A stretch of DNA of 64,000 nt from the NCBI GenBank assembly GCA_964016885.1, contig OZ024747.1, positions 15,252,001 to 15,316,000 of the forward strand. The letters run 5' to 3'. The notes under the pieces are model-generated. The model saw only the letters and a list, made by a program, of their open reading frames with translations. It was not told the origin of the DNA and searched no databases. Shown here in pieces: positions 40,727 through 54,575 of the stretch. The DNA is from Eledone cirrhosa (lineage: Eukaryota). The position numbers and the translations under genes were made by a program. The number at the start of each line of letters is the position of its first letter. The stretch's first letter is position 1.

Positions 40727-40889
40727 GACGAGCTTCTGCAGTTTCCATTTATAAACTTGCACACACAAAGCATTTTTCAATCTGGAACTGTAGTAAAAGT
40801 CAATTGTCCATGTTGCCACACCAGGGGATTGAACCCAGAGCTAAATGGTTTCACCGCAATCTCCATAACCACTCGGCCATATCTGCGCC
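40727..40889 (-). mobile_element. tRNA-derived SINE (second family, CORE-like)
   Basis: Minus strand: ggcgcagatatggccgagtgg (A-box)..gggttcaatccc (B-box)..ggaaactgcagaagctcgtc. Confidence 0.8.
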
Positions 40890-42340
40890 AATATCACTAT
40901 ATATATCAATATACAAATACTTACATTCACACACTTACATACCTCCTCATGCACAGACACATACACACACAGAGACACGCATATATATATGCATATATAT
41001 ATATATATATGTATATATATATGTGTGTGTGTGTGTGTGTATATATTATCAGGTCTACATAATTATGTCTAGCAACAATCATGGCTATATAACTATGGTT
41101 ATAAATGTTACCACAACGAGGTGGTATTGATTTAATTTTCGCACGAAAGTTGGTTTCATTCGTGGCGCTTTATAATAATAACATCATTTGTGTTGTAACA
41201 AATGTTGCACTAAATAAAACACATATCCAACCGTTCGGACACGAATAGATTTATCCAATTCTAAAAGAAATTTCTATTCCCCCCTTTTTTTGCCCATTAA
41301 GATTGTTACACATGTAACTTATTTTTCAGAAGAAATTGTTCACTAGGCCACTTTTCTTCCCTCCCTATCTCCTCCACCAAGTGTTCCTCTTGTTTTTGAT
41401 ATTTTTTGTTGTGGCTGATATCGATACATTCATTCTGTATTTTTTTCTTTTCTTCTATTTTAGATTTTTTTTTGCTGTTTTTATTTATTTCTTTTTTAAT
41501 GTTTTGTTTGTATATTGATTTTTTTTTTTTTTCTTAGGCGGAAATTTTTATAGAGTGGTCATTCTGAAAAAAATACACGCAACATATATACTATTAGGGT
41601 ACATATTTGTGGAATCCTTTTGATAAACAACATCTCAAACGCTATACGGCTTCATATGGAAAGAGCTGAATTGAAAGACAAAACGAAAATGAAAACGAAT
41701 AAAAGTAAATGTTAGTAAGAACATCGAGAGCTTACTCTAACTACTGGCACTTTTACTTCACTAGAGCCAAACATTTATATAAACAAGTAAACAAACCTTA
41801 TTGTATTGCATAAACGTGGATCAATGGAGAGGAGACGAATAGAATATCTCATCAAGGGCTTAGATTATAAAAGAAGACGAAGATGTGATAGGACTGTGTA
41901 AGGAATAGACTTGAATGAATTCAGTTAAAATATAAAATAAGATAAAGAACAGAACAGAAAGAAGCTATAAAGATATAAGGTATGTAATTTTCACATGAAG
42001 AAAATGTCTTTTTACTTCAAATACAGCACGACAACAGAATCTCCTAACTGAAGAGATAGTTGTAAACAAAGCGAGTAAATTGAACATCGCTCTCCACACT
42101 ACACCACTCTCTATATCATACCACTTTATATCGCACTATTACACTTGAACACACCTCACTACACCATGCCACACCACACTCAACACCAAACTATATCACG
42201 CCACTCTCTTCCCCCGTAAAAATAAAGAACCCCCCCCCCCCTCACACACACACACACACACACATAAAATACACAACAAACAAAAAAACATTGAAAACTC
42301 AATAATAAAGTGATACAAACTCGGAAAATATTTCAGAGTT

Positions 42341-42371
<31 letters not shown>

Positions 42372-42917
42372 CGTCTGTGTGTGTATATATATTTATATAT
42401 GTATATATATATACACACATATATATATATATGAAAAGAATTATGTGTATATATATATCTATATGCATATAGATATATATATATACATATATATATATAC
42501 CACCTTATATTTATTATACATATATATGTGTGTGTGTATAACGAGAGAGAGAGGAGAGAAGGTAACAACATCGTGGGCAAGGTGGTATAAGAATGACGGG
42601 GGGGAAGTAAAATAAAAGAAGATGTCAAGATAGTGGAGACTAAGAATCTAAGAATGAAGATAAAAGAGTGGCGTGGCTAAATTATTTACATTGTAGACGC
42701 ACTTCTATGGATAGAAAACTTAGCCACGCCTTCATCTAAACCGAGTTGATGTTTTTTTCTTGAAATAACAAATCAAAAATTTCATGGTTCTCATTTTGTC
42801 GCGGACGATGGCCCATATTAGATTTAATAAACGTTTGATCAGTGAGTAAGAATATAATTCATGTATTACTATATTTTATGTCTTTCTCCCGTACTCTTTA
42901 TCTCTCTGTCTCTTAAT

Positions 42918-43379
<462 letters not shown>

Positions 43380-43382
<3 letters not shown>

Positions 43383-43600
43383 GTTTCGGACAGAATTCCT
43401 TCATGAGGAAAGTTCGGTTATCCGAACTTTCCTCATGAAGGAATTCTGTCCGAAACGTAGAACCCTCCTCCACTTCCTCCACTTGTGAACCTAATATGAC
43501 TTTGTATTTTTGGACCCTGATGTTTGTTTTGTTTTTCCTTTATTACGCGTGTGCAAGGTTAGCTCTAAAATACGTTAAAAGTTTAGTTATTTTTATTACT
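43380..43600 (+). mobile_element. Fold-back pLTR element (family H) with hammerhead-like motif
   Basis: Perfect 38-bp hairpin 43380-43459; ttc-CTCATGA-a-gga attctg tcc-GAAA-cg-TA|gaa at 43429-43462. Right boundary approximate. Confidence 0.7.
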
Positions 43601-43609
43601 AACCATGAC

Positions 43610-43825
43610 GGCGTTGGATATTGGCAGAATTTTCAGCGTATCGGACTCAATAATTTACAGTATCGGTTCATGTTCTTTATATTCGGGTTTCAAATCTCAC
43701 CGTTGTCAACTTGCCTTTCATAATTCCCGTGTTGATAAAATAAAGTACCAATCGAGTACTGGATTGCATTTAATTGATTCACCAATATAACCGCACAACA
43801 AATATTGGTTTTGTGTTTCAATTAG
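43610..43825 (+). mobile_element. Diverged tRNA-derived SINE (Meta-domain-like)
   Basis: gggtttcaaatc..ttgcctttcat..gttgataaaataaagtacca. Confidence 0.65.
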
Positions 43826-43829
43826 AAAT

Positions 43830-44096
43830 TAAATGGAGCTAAATGCGAGCGAGGCATTGCCCACTTGGAAATGCCTAAACAGACAAAGATCTGGTGTTGG
43901 ACGTGCAGAAGTCACTCTTGCAAAATGGGAATATTTGAAGTATGAGAACGTTGTGTGTGATTGCGGCATCGAACCACAGACTACGCAGCACCCACTGATA
44001 TGCTCACTGCTGGAACACCCCTGCACAGCATTGGACAGGGCAAATTTTAATGCGAATGGACAGCAATGTGTTCAACTGTGGTGGAACCACTTCTAG
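43830..44096 (+). pseudogene. C-terminal fragment of an I-group (Ingi/Vingi-like) LINE ORF
   Basis: W..LNR.RSGVGR...LAKW......CDCG...QT..H...C zinc-knuckle signature. Confidence 0.7.
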
Positions 44097-44823
44097 GAAA
44101 AGGAGAACAAGAAGCAGCAACCATGTAACCTAAGTTAATTCAATTGACTACATCATGATGATGGTGGTGTTGGTGGTGGTGATGATGTTTTGGTGAGGAT
44201 GGGGAGGAAAGGAGGGAGATATGGATGCGAAGGGTTGTGGTGGCGTTGATGAAGATTACGAGGATAATGATTATGATAACATTGTCGATGCTGATTATCT
44301 AGGTAAAGATGAATTTTATGATAAACATGAGGACAATGATAATGATGTGGGAAATGCAGATGATGATATGGATAACGATCATGCTAAAACGATCAACATG
44401 ATGACGATAATCACGAAGTTAGGCATGTGGTAGATAAAAGCCAAATATCTATGTAAATAAAAACCTGAAAACGTGAAAATGGTTGATAAATTGTCAAGTG
44501 GCTGCAAGGCAAATATGCGTTTCAATAGTAAAAAAAAACACACCGACAAATATATACTTTCAGACATATAAAACAATATGGAATGAACCCTCACTTGAAA
44601 GAAAACCTGAAAGAATGACAAGAAAAAGGAAGGAAGGAACCTAAAGAGACAAGACGTATTTTTTTAAACTCAAAAGCTTAAAATTTTATATATTATATGT
44701 GTTTATATATTTATCTTAATATGTATCGAAATACTTGATTGTAAAATGTTCATGCATATCAGTAGTTCACTCTCTCCCTCTTCGTTTCTCTCATTCTACC
44801 TCGTTTTTCCTACAGCTGTCTTC

Positions 44824-44884
<61 letters not shown>

Positions 44885-45559
44885 TGAAAAATAAAAGTTA
44901 CGGGCGAAAGAGGGTAATATCTATCGTCAGTTGTCTGCTAGGAATCATAGGTATTTCTTCGCGTTAGAGACAAGATACCTCAGCCTAGGGCGAACAATAA
45001 CTAAAATAAGGTATTGGGATAAAAAAAGGGGGGGGGGGTGTAAACAGACACGAAGGGTGAAGCAACGTAAAGAGGGGAAAAATAGGAATAATATCAAGTC
45101 AACAACCCATTTCGAACGTAAGATCTGGCGATTTTGACGAGAGAAAAAAGACGCGTCGTCACTGTAGCCGTATTCGCGAGAGAAGAGACTGCTTACTGTG
45201 TCGGACGAGGGAGGAAGTGAGCTAGCGAAGAGAGGGTGACTAGCAGAGAGAGGATGAGTGGAAGTAAGAGGAAGCGAGAAAGAGATAGTTATAGTGGCTG
45301 GCTAGCCGAGAGAAGGTGTCTAGCAGAGGGGGCTGAGCGAAAGTAAGAGGGAGAAGGAGAGAGAAGGGGGAGAGAGAGGATAACAACAAGGGGAGAGAAA
45401 AGAGACGGGTCACAGTGGAGAAGGAAGGAAGCTTATATGAAAAAAATGGCGAGCTGTGTGATTGCAATTAAGTAGCATGTATGTGTGTGTATATATATAT
45501 ATATGTATTTTATTTACTTTATTCTTAGCTCTGAAGCCGAGAATCATTCGGTTTCCTAG

Positions 45560-45925
45560 TTAGAATTTTAGTCTACGACTTCAGTTATACCATTTACGTG
45601 GTTTTGTCTTTGCGTGCAATTGTTCTCCCCGCTCCACATATGACGCATTATCTTCGTTTTTTCAGTTCATTGCCAGAGAACGTCTCTATGAACCATCTAG
45701 TAGAATATTAGTCTACGACTTCTTTTATACCATAAACGTGGTTTTGTCTTTGAGTGTAATTGTTTTTCACCGCTCCAAATAATGACGTATTATATTCGTT
45801 TTCCCCCGTTCTTTGCCAGGGAACATTTCCACGAATCAAAGTATCGTCTTCTGTCTTCCTCCGGTTGAAACGTTTTTTGAAATATTCACTTCTGCTTTCA
45901 CAGATTGACTTTGTTAGTTTCAAAA
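45560..45925 (-). repeat. Diverged inverted copy of the ~480-bp repeat, with internal tandem duplication
   Basis: ttagtctacgact..ttataccat..gtggttttgtcttt occurs twice; inverse of the ~4900-5115 region. Confidence 0.7.
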
Positions 45926-45981
45926 GATCCGTTAAGGGTGAAAGCAGCGATTCTTTGCTTAAACTTTAATCTGTTATTTTA

Positions 45982-46041
<60 letters not shown>

Positions 46042-46179
46042 ATAATAATAAATTTGAAGACTAAAATCCAAAGAGGGCTCGATAAGGATAAATATATATC
46101 AAATATATAAGAATCGTAGGGCAAATATTTTTTAAAATAACAGATTAAAGCGATTCTTTGCTTAAAGTTTAATCTGTTA

Positions 46180-46217
<38 letters not shown>

Positions 46218-46422
46218 TTTATCATTTATTTTGACTGGCCTGTTTAGCTTGACTTGTTTTTTGGCTTAGGTGGTTCACGCCTTCTTGACCACTTTTTCAG
46301 TTTGTATGGCATTTTAACATATGTTTAGCTCTGTTTTTTTAATTATAGAGCGCTTGCCAGCATAACTCTGATTTTGCGTTTCCTTTCGCTTTTTCTCCCC
46401 GCCGAAATGCGATTCTCGCTGA

Positions 46423-46458
<36 letters not shown>

Positions 46459-46775
46459 CGTCGATGAATTTGTTTTGCGAGGATTTTGATATGAAATCGT
46501 GTGTCGAAACAAATATTGTTATACATGGGAGGGCCATATTGTTGTAATAATATTGCCAGAAATAATAACTCAATGTTTGGTTGGTTTTCGCTTCTGTCTC
46601 TTTTATATCTCCACAGATAATTCAATAATAATAAATGTGAAGACTAAAAGCCGAAGAGGGTTCGATAAGGATAATATATATATAAATATATATAAAAACC
46701 GTAGACCAAATATTTATTAAAATAACAGATTAAAGTTTAAGCAAAGAATCGCTGCTTTCACCCTTAATGGGATCT
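45925..46775. mobile_element. Nested inverted/direct repeat complex related to the 25875-27503 family
   Basis: 45925-45988 is the inverse of 46711-46775; ~46040-46150 is a direct copy of ~46625-46735; ~46457-46610 matches the 27.3-27.5-kb arm end + tail in reverse. Confidence 0.7.
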
Positions 46776-48405
46776 TCCATTTTTGGATATATCCGATCTT
46801 GGATAAATCAACGACGTTTGAAAATCCTCAGGAGATAACTGGCTATAAGAATCATCACGTGGCCAGTGGTCAAGGCAGAAAGTTTGTGATTGGTGCCTGT
46901 CGGCGAGTAGGCAGGTTGCTAGAAAGCGCAGCTGAATACTGCCTAAAGTTTTACTCAACCTTACGGGAGTATATAATTTTTTTTAGATAAAATATATACA
47001 GTGTTTCGTCTCCCAATCAGCATAAATCAACCACACTAAAATATCATTTAAAGGAGGCTATATGTTTAAAATATACTTATGAAGAAACAATAGATAAATG
47101 ATATAGCTTCTTATCCGTCATTTATAGCTACCAAAAATTTACCTAGTATTTCTAATAGCCTGTAGAAATTGACTAGACATATAATTAACCATATATAATT
47201 AGGTACAAAATCAAAGTTAGAAGAAAAAATGTACATAAACCTTACCAAAATCATCAAAATATCTCTACTCCCGATGGAATGAAACCGCCGGGCGTGAAGA
47301 TATTTAGATGATTTTGGTAAGGTTTATGTACATTTTTTCTTCTAACTTTCATTTGGTACCTAATTATGTATGGTTAATTATATGTCTAGTCAATTTCTAC
47401 AGGCTATTAGAAATACTAGTTAAATTTTTGGTAGCTATAAATCACGGTTAAGAAGCTATATCATTTATCTATCGTTTCTTCATAAGCATATTTTAAAATT
47501 ATAGCCTCATTTAAATGATATTTTAGTGTGGTTGATTTATGCTGATTGAGAGAAGAAATACTGTATATATTTTATCTAATGATTCTACGGACTTACGTTT
47601 TTATATATTGCTCTGATTAATAATTATTTAATTAATTCTTCATTGAGCCACACCGTGAATGGTTGCAAAAAACATATATATCTATCACTTCGTCTAGTTT
47701 ATATGTATATACCCTTTACATTTTATATACTCCCGTAAGGTTGGATATAACTTTTGACAGTATTCGGCTGCGCTTTCTAGCAATCAGCCTACTCGCCGAC
47801 AGGCACCAACCACAAACTTTCTGCCTTGACCACGTGATGATTCTTAGCCATTTTGAATTCGTTTCTGGAGGGGATCATGTAAGAAAAATCTTTGTCCAAT
47901 TGAGTTATCTCCTGATGATTTCCAAACCTCGTTGATTTATCCAAGATGGGATATATCCAAAAATGGAATGAACCCGCCGGGGGTAGAGATATTTTGATAA
48001 ATTTTGGTAAGGTTTATGAACATTTTTTCTTCTAACTTTGATTTGGTGCCTAATTATGTATGGTTAACTATATGTCTAATCAATTTCTACAGGCTATTAG
48101 AAATACTAGGTACATTTTTGGTAGCTATAAATCGCGGATAAGAGGTTATATCATTTATCTATTGTTTTTTCATAAGTATATGAAATGATGTTAAATGATG
48201 TTTTGTGTGGTTGATTTATTGTGATTGGGGGAAGAAATACTGTACATATTTTATCTAGTGATTCTATGGACTTACTTTTTTATATATTGCTATGATTATT
48301 AATTATTTAATTAATTCTTCATTGAGCCACACCGTGGATGGTTGCCAAAAACATATATATATATCTATGACTTCGTCTAGTTTAATGTATATACCCTTTA
48401 CATTT
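46776..48405 (+). repeat. ~690-bp unit: one inverted copy (with deletion) + ~1.6 tandem forward copies
   Basis: Forward units start at ~47274 and ~47963 (atggaatgaa.ccgccggg); 46776-47272 is the inverse. A further diverged inverted piece lies at ~48480-48640. Confidence 0.85.
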
Positions 48406-48858
48406 TATATATATATATATTTATATAGAGGTTATCACATACATAAAATTAAATTAAATTAAATCAAGGATACATATATGTGTTGCAACTGTTCACTTTT
48501 AAGCTCAATGAAGAATTAATAAATTAAAATAAAAAAATCAGAGCATTATATCATAACTCATGTCCATAGAATTAATCAGATATTAAAATATATACTATTT
48601 CTTCTTCTAATCAGCATAATCAACCATATACATAATCAAATCTAGCAAGCTTTAAGAATAAATTTTCTAACGGGGAAATCTCCGACAAATAACTGACCGC
48701 AGCTAGTTCGCGTTAACTCCGTTCACCATTTATCAAACACTTCAGCAGCATGCAGAATCCGATCAAATACACCGTCAACCGCACGTAATTAGTAGTTACA
48801 TATATATATATACATATATGATCATATATAAACATATATATATACATATATATATATT

Positions 48859-49178
48859 AGAAAGTGAGGATTTTTCTACAAAATGAAAAATAACCGAGGT
48901 GTCCTACACAAGTGAAAGTATAAAGAAAAAAGATGAAATCGAAAATGCAACTGGAGCCTTATTAAAAATATATATATATATATTTATTTGGTTCCTTTAC
49001 CGGTTTCGCAGTTCTTCTGCTTTTCAAAAGTAGAGTTGAGATGGAGGGTCTGAGAAAAACCACAGACCCTCCATCTCAACTCTACTTTTGAAAAGCAGAA
49101 GAACTGCGAAACAGGTAAAGGAACCAAATAAATATATATATTTAAAAAAAATAAGACTCCAGCTGCATTTTCGATTTC

Positions 49179-49183
<5 letters not shown>
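48859..49183 (-). mobile_element. PLE family E fold-back element
   Basis: 48930-49052 is the inverse of 49063-49183. Tail on the left. Flanked by (TA)n and (CT)n. Confidence 0.85.
48995..49030 (-). ncRNA. Minimal hammerhead, U3-A8 core (mirror copy at 49085-49120 plus)
   Basis: ctt-TTGAAAA-gcag aagaa ctgc-GAAA-ccgg-TA|aag; palindromic stem III. Confidence 0.75.
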
Positions 49184-49256
<73 letters not shown>

Positions 49257-49262
49257 TCTCTC

Positions 49263-49351
<89 letters not shown>

Positions 49352-49384
49352 TTATTTATATATATAAACATATATATATATATG

Positions 49385-49533
49385 TTTCCTGATGATTTCT
49401 CCCGAATGAAAGAGTTCTAGTCATTTAGAAGCCATTTCTATATTAAATATATGTATACCACACTCTTCTCTATGAGAGCATCGAGTGCTCAAACGGCCTA
49501 CCGCATACGAACGCTTTAAGCATCCAACACGAA

Positions 49534-49535
<2 letters not shown>
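49385..49535 (+). mobile_element. PLE family D-related arm + tail
   Basis: ttc-ctgatga-tttctcccgaat-gaaa-gagttctagtcatt-ta-gaa (decayed stem III); tail with tcgagtgc. Confidence 0.7.
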
Positions 49536-49586
<51 letters not shown>

Positions 49587-49590
<4 letters not shown>

Positions 49591-50877
49591 TTAAAAGTAC
49601 TATGTATGGTTATGTATGCAATAAAACCTTTGATGGTAATATATTATATATACAAAAACCCTAAATAGTGAGAGATAGTCTTTAATTACTATCCTATTAC
49701 CAGTAAGTTAAATAGCTCAATGTAAAAACATCAGTTGTTATACAGAGCAGTTATATAGAGATTACAGTAATCAAAGTTCAGGTTAAGTTATTTATTTGCT
49801 TACAATTGTTTCCTCCAAACTGAGGTTTGGATTCTTCGGAGCAGCTATTTATAACATACTTGACCTCCTTTTCAACCCAAGAGACACATAAAACATATGC
49901 GCATATTGATCAACAGTGGGGTGACATTCATCAAATGAAATAGCATGGCAATTTACATATAAAGTGTTACATGATAAAAATAAAATAAAATAAAATAAAA
50001 GCAAGAGTGAAAATAAAGATAAACATGAAGCGTTGGCAGTCTATGAAGATAAAGCAAGAGGAAAGCTTAGAGTAGTCAGTGCATGAAGCAATCTCCCGTG
50101 TAGCATGCACGCTTGTCTTATCTATACATGATTAGAGTGCGTCAGAATGATATTTGCAGGGTCAGGCAGTTGAAGCAGGCAATCGATCTTATAATATAGG
50201 TTGAATTATTAAGTCATTTATTCTCATACATCTGTATGATATACAGTCTCGGATGCGGGGAAACACCAAAATATCAAAAACCTTCAACATACTATAAACC
50301 TTATTGTATCGTAGGCAAGGTCGTACCACTGTCCTTGCTCACACCACCACTCACATAATCCATGAGACGCAATATATATAGAGAGAACACGCGTCTATCG
50401 TATAATTCGCAGTGGTTCAGCATATAGTCAAGCTATAAACGGTATCCAGTCTGTTCTTAATTAATATATCATGCTGTCCAAATTCCGGAAGTGCCTGAAT
50501 GATTAAGGGGAATTAATGCGTAAGGGGAGGTAACTAGCTATTTATTTTAGTTTGGTAACTAGCTATTTATTTTGGTTCCTCTTGCTTTATCTTCATAGAC
50601 TGCCAACGCTTCATGTTTATCTTTATTTTCACTCTTGCTTTTATTTTATTTTATTTTTATCATGTAACACTTTATATGTAAATTGCCATGCTATTTCATT
50701 TGATGAATGTCACCCCACTGTTGATCAATATGCGCATATGTTTTATGTGTCTCTTGGGTTGAAAAGGAGGTCAAGTATGTTATAAATAGCTGCTCCGAAG
50801 AATCCAAACCTCGGTTTGGAGGAAGCAATTGTAAGCAAATAAATGACTTAAACTGAACTTTGATTACTGTAATCTAT
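49587..50877. mobile_element. PLE-type element (family F): ~300-bp inverted arms, ~520-bp spacer, left tail
   Basis: ~49757-50061 is the inverse of ~50578-50877. (TA)n on both sides. Hammerhead in each arm. Confidence 0.85.
49797..49843 (-). ncRNA. Hammerhead with CCGAAGA core variant (mirror at 50791-50837 plus has GAAG)
   Basis: tgct-CCGAAGA-a tccaaac ctca gtttgga g-GAAA-caattg-TA|agca. Confidence 0.7.
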
Positions 50878-50900
50878 ATATATATCTATATATATATCTA

Positions 50901-50935
<35 letters not shown>

Positions 50936-51666
50936 GCTCACGTATCCGTAGAGAAACAGATAACTACTCTCAATGTTATTGTTGAGTACACAAGCAACGG
51001 TTTGGAATGTTTTACTCTTACTCTTATGAGGAGACAAAAAGAAAATCGAAAGCTATGTTTACTCTATTTTATTCATATTCATTTTTGAAATATTTAATAT
51101 TTATCAGCAGTTTTGCTGTACTCATTTTTCATGAGCTGTAAGTCATCATTAATTTATGAAAATATGATGACGGTAAATAAGAGAAGCCATCCTCGCCTTC
51201 GACAGCAAAACATCTCAACAGATATTAAAACATTAACAAGAGAACATGTAGTTCTCGCATATCAAATTTTCCTTCAATATTTCACCCATACTTTGTCCTT
51301 TCTTCTTTTCATGTTTCGCCTTTCAATTTTACACGCCAGCCAACCAGCCAGACAGCTAGGCAGCCCGTGGTCATGGTAATTGGCAACAGCGATATAATAA
51401 TAGACGATTGATTTAATAATACATTCAAGTGTTGTGCACGTATATTTTCTTGAGAATATAGATGCACTGGATGATCTGGTATTTTTCTTCTGAACGGATT
51501 CCTCGGGAGTCTATGCGATGGTAATAGCGCATTAATAAGTTTCATGCATACACGCTGACATACACATAACAATAGCTAGATTATGAGGATAATGTATACA
51601 CATATATATATGTACACACACACACGCACGCACACAAACACACACACAAACACACACACAAACACA

Positions 51667-51782
<116 letters not shown>

Positions 51783-51784
51783 AA

Positions 51785-52235
51785 TTTTGAGTATATGTTG
51801 GTTGTTTACCGACACCTCAGTATGCATGATTGGCGCACTCGACGAGGTGTGCAGGTTGGTTTAGTTACTCCGGCGTAATGTAAAATAAATAAGTCAAATA
51901 TTTAAAATTTGGCTTTGTTTATTACTGCGTCAAAGGACATCCTCTCCTCCCATTGGTCAGTTGTGAGCCAATGGGAGGAGAGGATGTCCTTTGACGCTGA
52001 AATTCGTTTGTTTAAATTCATATGATTCCAGTTCCTCATAGAAGCAACAACTCAACCAAGAACTGGACATATCAGAGTATTGACAAAGTTAAACACCTCA
52101 ACAACATGTGTACTCTTCTCTACCACTCTAATTCGGACTGCCTGAAGAGGTCACACCTAAAGATGGCTGTCACCGAAATATATATAGCAGTAATAAACGA
52201 AGCCGAATTTTAAATATTTGACTTATTTATTTTAA
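51785..52235 (+). mobile_element. PLE-type fold-back element (family G)
   Basis: Central perfect hairpin ~51928-51998; outer arms 51881-51929 / 52187-52234; left tail with gcactcga. TA-flanked. Confidence 0.8.
52137..52191 (+). ncRNA. Canonical minimal type I hammerhead ribozyme
   Basis: actgc-CTGAAGA-ggt(c)aca...tgt(c)acc-GAAA-tatata-TA|gcagt, followed by aataaa. Confidence 0.85.
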
Positions 52236-52237
52236 TT

Positions 52238-52349
<112 letters not shown>

Positions 52350-54416
52350 GTAGTTGACGAACGAGAAAACAGGGAACTCAGTTACAGAAATATTCATAAT
52401 ATTATTGTTAAGAAGCGAAACCTAATACACTGGAGTTTCGCCTGTGCACTCACAGGATTGTCTTGTCTGTGCATCGTACACAGATGACACTAGCAATTAC
52501 ACTTAAAATATGAATAGCCAAATCTAGACATAACATTTGATGTGACTTCAGTATTCGCCAACCGATGCATCATATCCCCTACCGTGAGAGCACCACGGTT
52601 GCGAGAAGTAAGAAGCTAGAATATATTTTGTATTATATTCCAAGCAGAAGCCTTGTAATATGATGAACACAGCAAGGATAGATTATGTCTGAGATATAAT
52701 GATTAATCAATCTAAACTGACCTGCGGTCTAAACATCAACCTCGACGAAGGCAGTACAACTCCACCTACTTTAAAAACTACACCTATTCCTTCCCTAACA
52801 TCTTGTTGGACTGATTCGAAACGTGGAATATAAAGTATGGTTATTCGCACGCTAAATCTAAAAAAAAAAAAAAAATAGAAGTAGTATGTCTATAAAACCT
52901 CTTATCCGATTTAAAGCTTGAGCTATACACCAAGATTAAGATGAAATATTCAGTTGAGAGATCCCATGCTCAGCTGCAGTGCATTGAATTCTTGAGGAGT
53001 TTTGTTCCTTAGATTCTTTTTTATGTATATGTTCTTAAATATCAGTTAAAGGAAAATTAAATTTAACTTTCATAAGATCAAAGACTATTGACAGAGTAAC
53101 TATTATTAAAAGTCTATTGTGCAAGTAGAATAGTAACGAGTCCCTATGAAATACAACTGGTGTTCAAAGCGTATATTAAAAAGAAACTTGTGTACGGGCT
53201 TCTATTTGAGTGCGTATGAGCATTAGTTTTGGTGACAGCAAGATCTATGAGCAGGACTTTTGTATTGTTGCATACAATTTGCAACTATGCTTTGAACAAT
53301 TGATAGTTATTAGTGCGTAACAAGGAGATAATGAATCGGAAAAAAACAGCTGCAGCATTAAGTTCAACAGTGTCGAAATCACAAAGCAACAACAGCAGCT
53401 TTTGGGTTACTTACACTGTTTCTTTGTGTCTGTCGATGCTTTATTTTTGTTTTTCTATAAAGAACAGGTCACCTGCTTCTCCTCCTAACTATTAACGTCG
53501 GTTGCTATGTTGGCATAGAATTTTTTACCCTACAAATAGGAATTGAATCCGATTTAAGCTAGATAACATACAAATTATGTTACCGTTACTCACGAAGTTA
53601 CGATAAAATTTAAGAATCTAAGAGATTAAAGATCCCGATTCGTCAACGAAAGGAATGGAATTTACTAATGTTTAGTTTGAAACAAACAGTTTCAATTTTA
53701 CTCAAAATATTTCGCATTAGATATAAATTCGGTTTGAAATATTGGCACATTTTCAGAGAATTGTAGGTTATAGTTGATTCAATAAACTATAACCTACACT
53801 TCTCTGATTGCACCAATTTCTAGTTTATTACGGGTGTTTATACCATCGACACACAAGAGAGTAACTTACAAACTCAAGCCTAGTTGAAGTTTGAACTTAG
53901 AAACTAAAGAGTCATAATTCAATTCACAACAACTGTACAAATGATTTAATCCGGTAATCTATTGATTGGTTATATAGGAATGGAAAGGACCCTTAACTTT
54001 TACTGAAGTCTAGATAAAAGGCGTGTCATTAACATTTTATACCTGATAAAGCAGGAACACATGATTTCTTCCACGGCGAGAGGAGGGAGATAAAGATAGA
54101 AATAGAGACAAAGAGAGAGCGGAAGGGAGAGTGAATTAGAGAAAGAGGAAGGGAGAGAATGAGAGAGCGGGGGGGGGGGGATAATCGACCACAGCAGCTT
54201 TTGTTTTTGATGTGAAAGGCTACGGAACACCAGTTTAATTATAGCTTAATAATAGTTTTATCACGTAAAATGTTTTTATGACTTTTATATTACCCATATA
54301 TATAACTAGAGGTGAAAGATACTTCTAAATTGAGAGCAATGAGTATGTGTAGGTATGTATGCATTCCACTCGGTGTATGTGTTTGTGCCAATACCTGTTG
54401 TTATATGCGTGTATAT

Positions 54417-54463
<47 letters not shown>

Positions 54464-54506
54464 TATATAGTAATAAATATATATATATACATATATATAT
54501 ATATAT

Positions 54507-54575
<69 letters not shown>

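Noticed and set aside
37783-40889. tRNA genes suggested by A/B boxes
   Set aside because: No cloverleaf; the boxes are heads of multi-copy SINEs.
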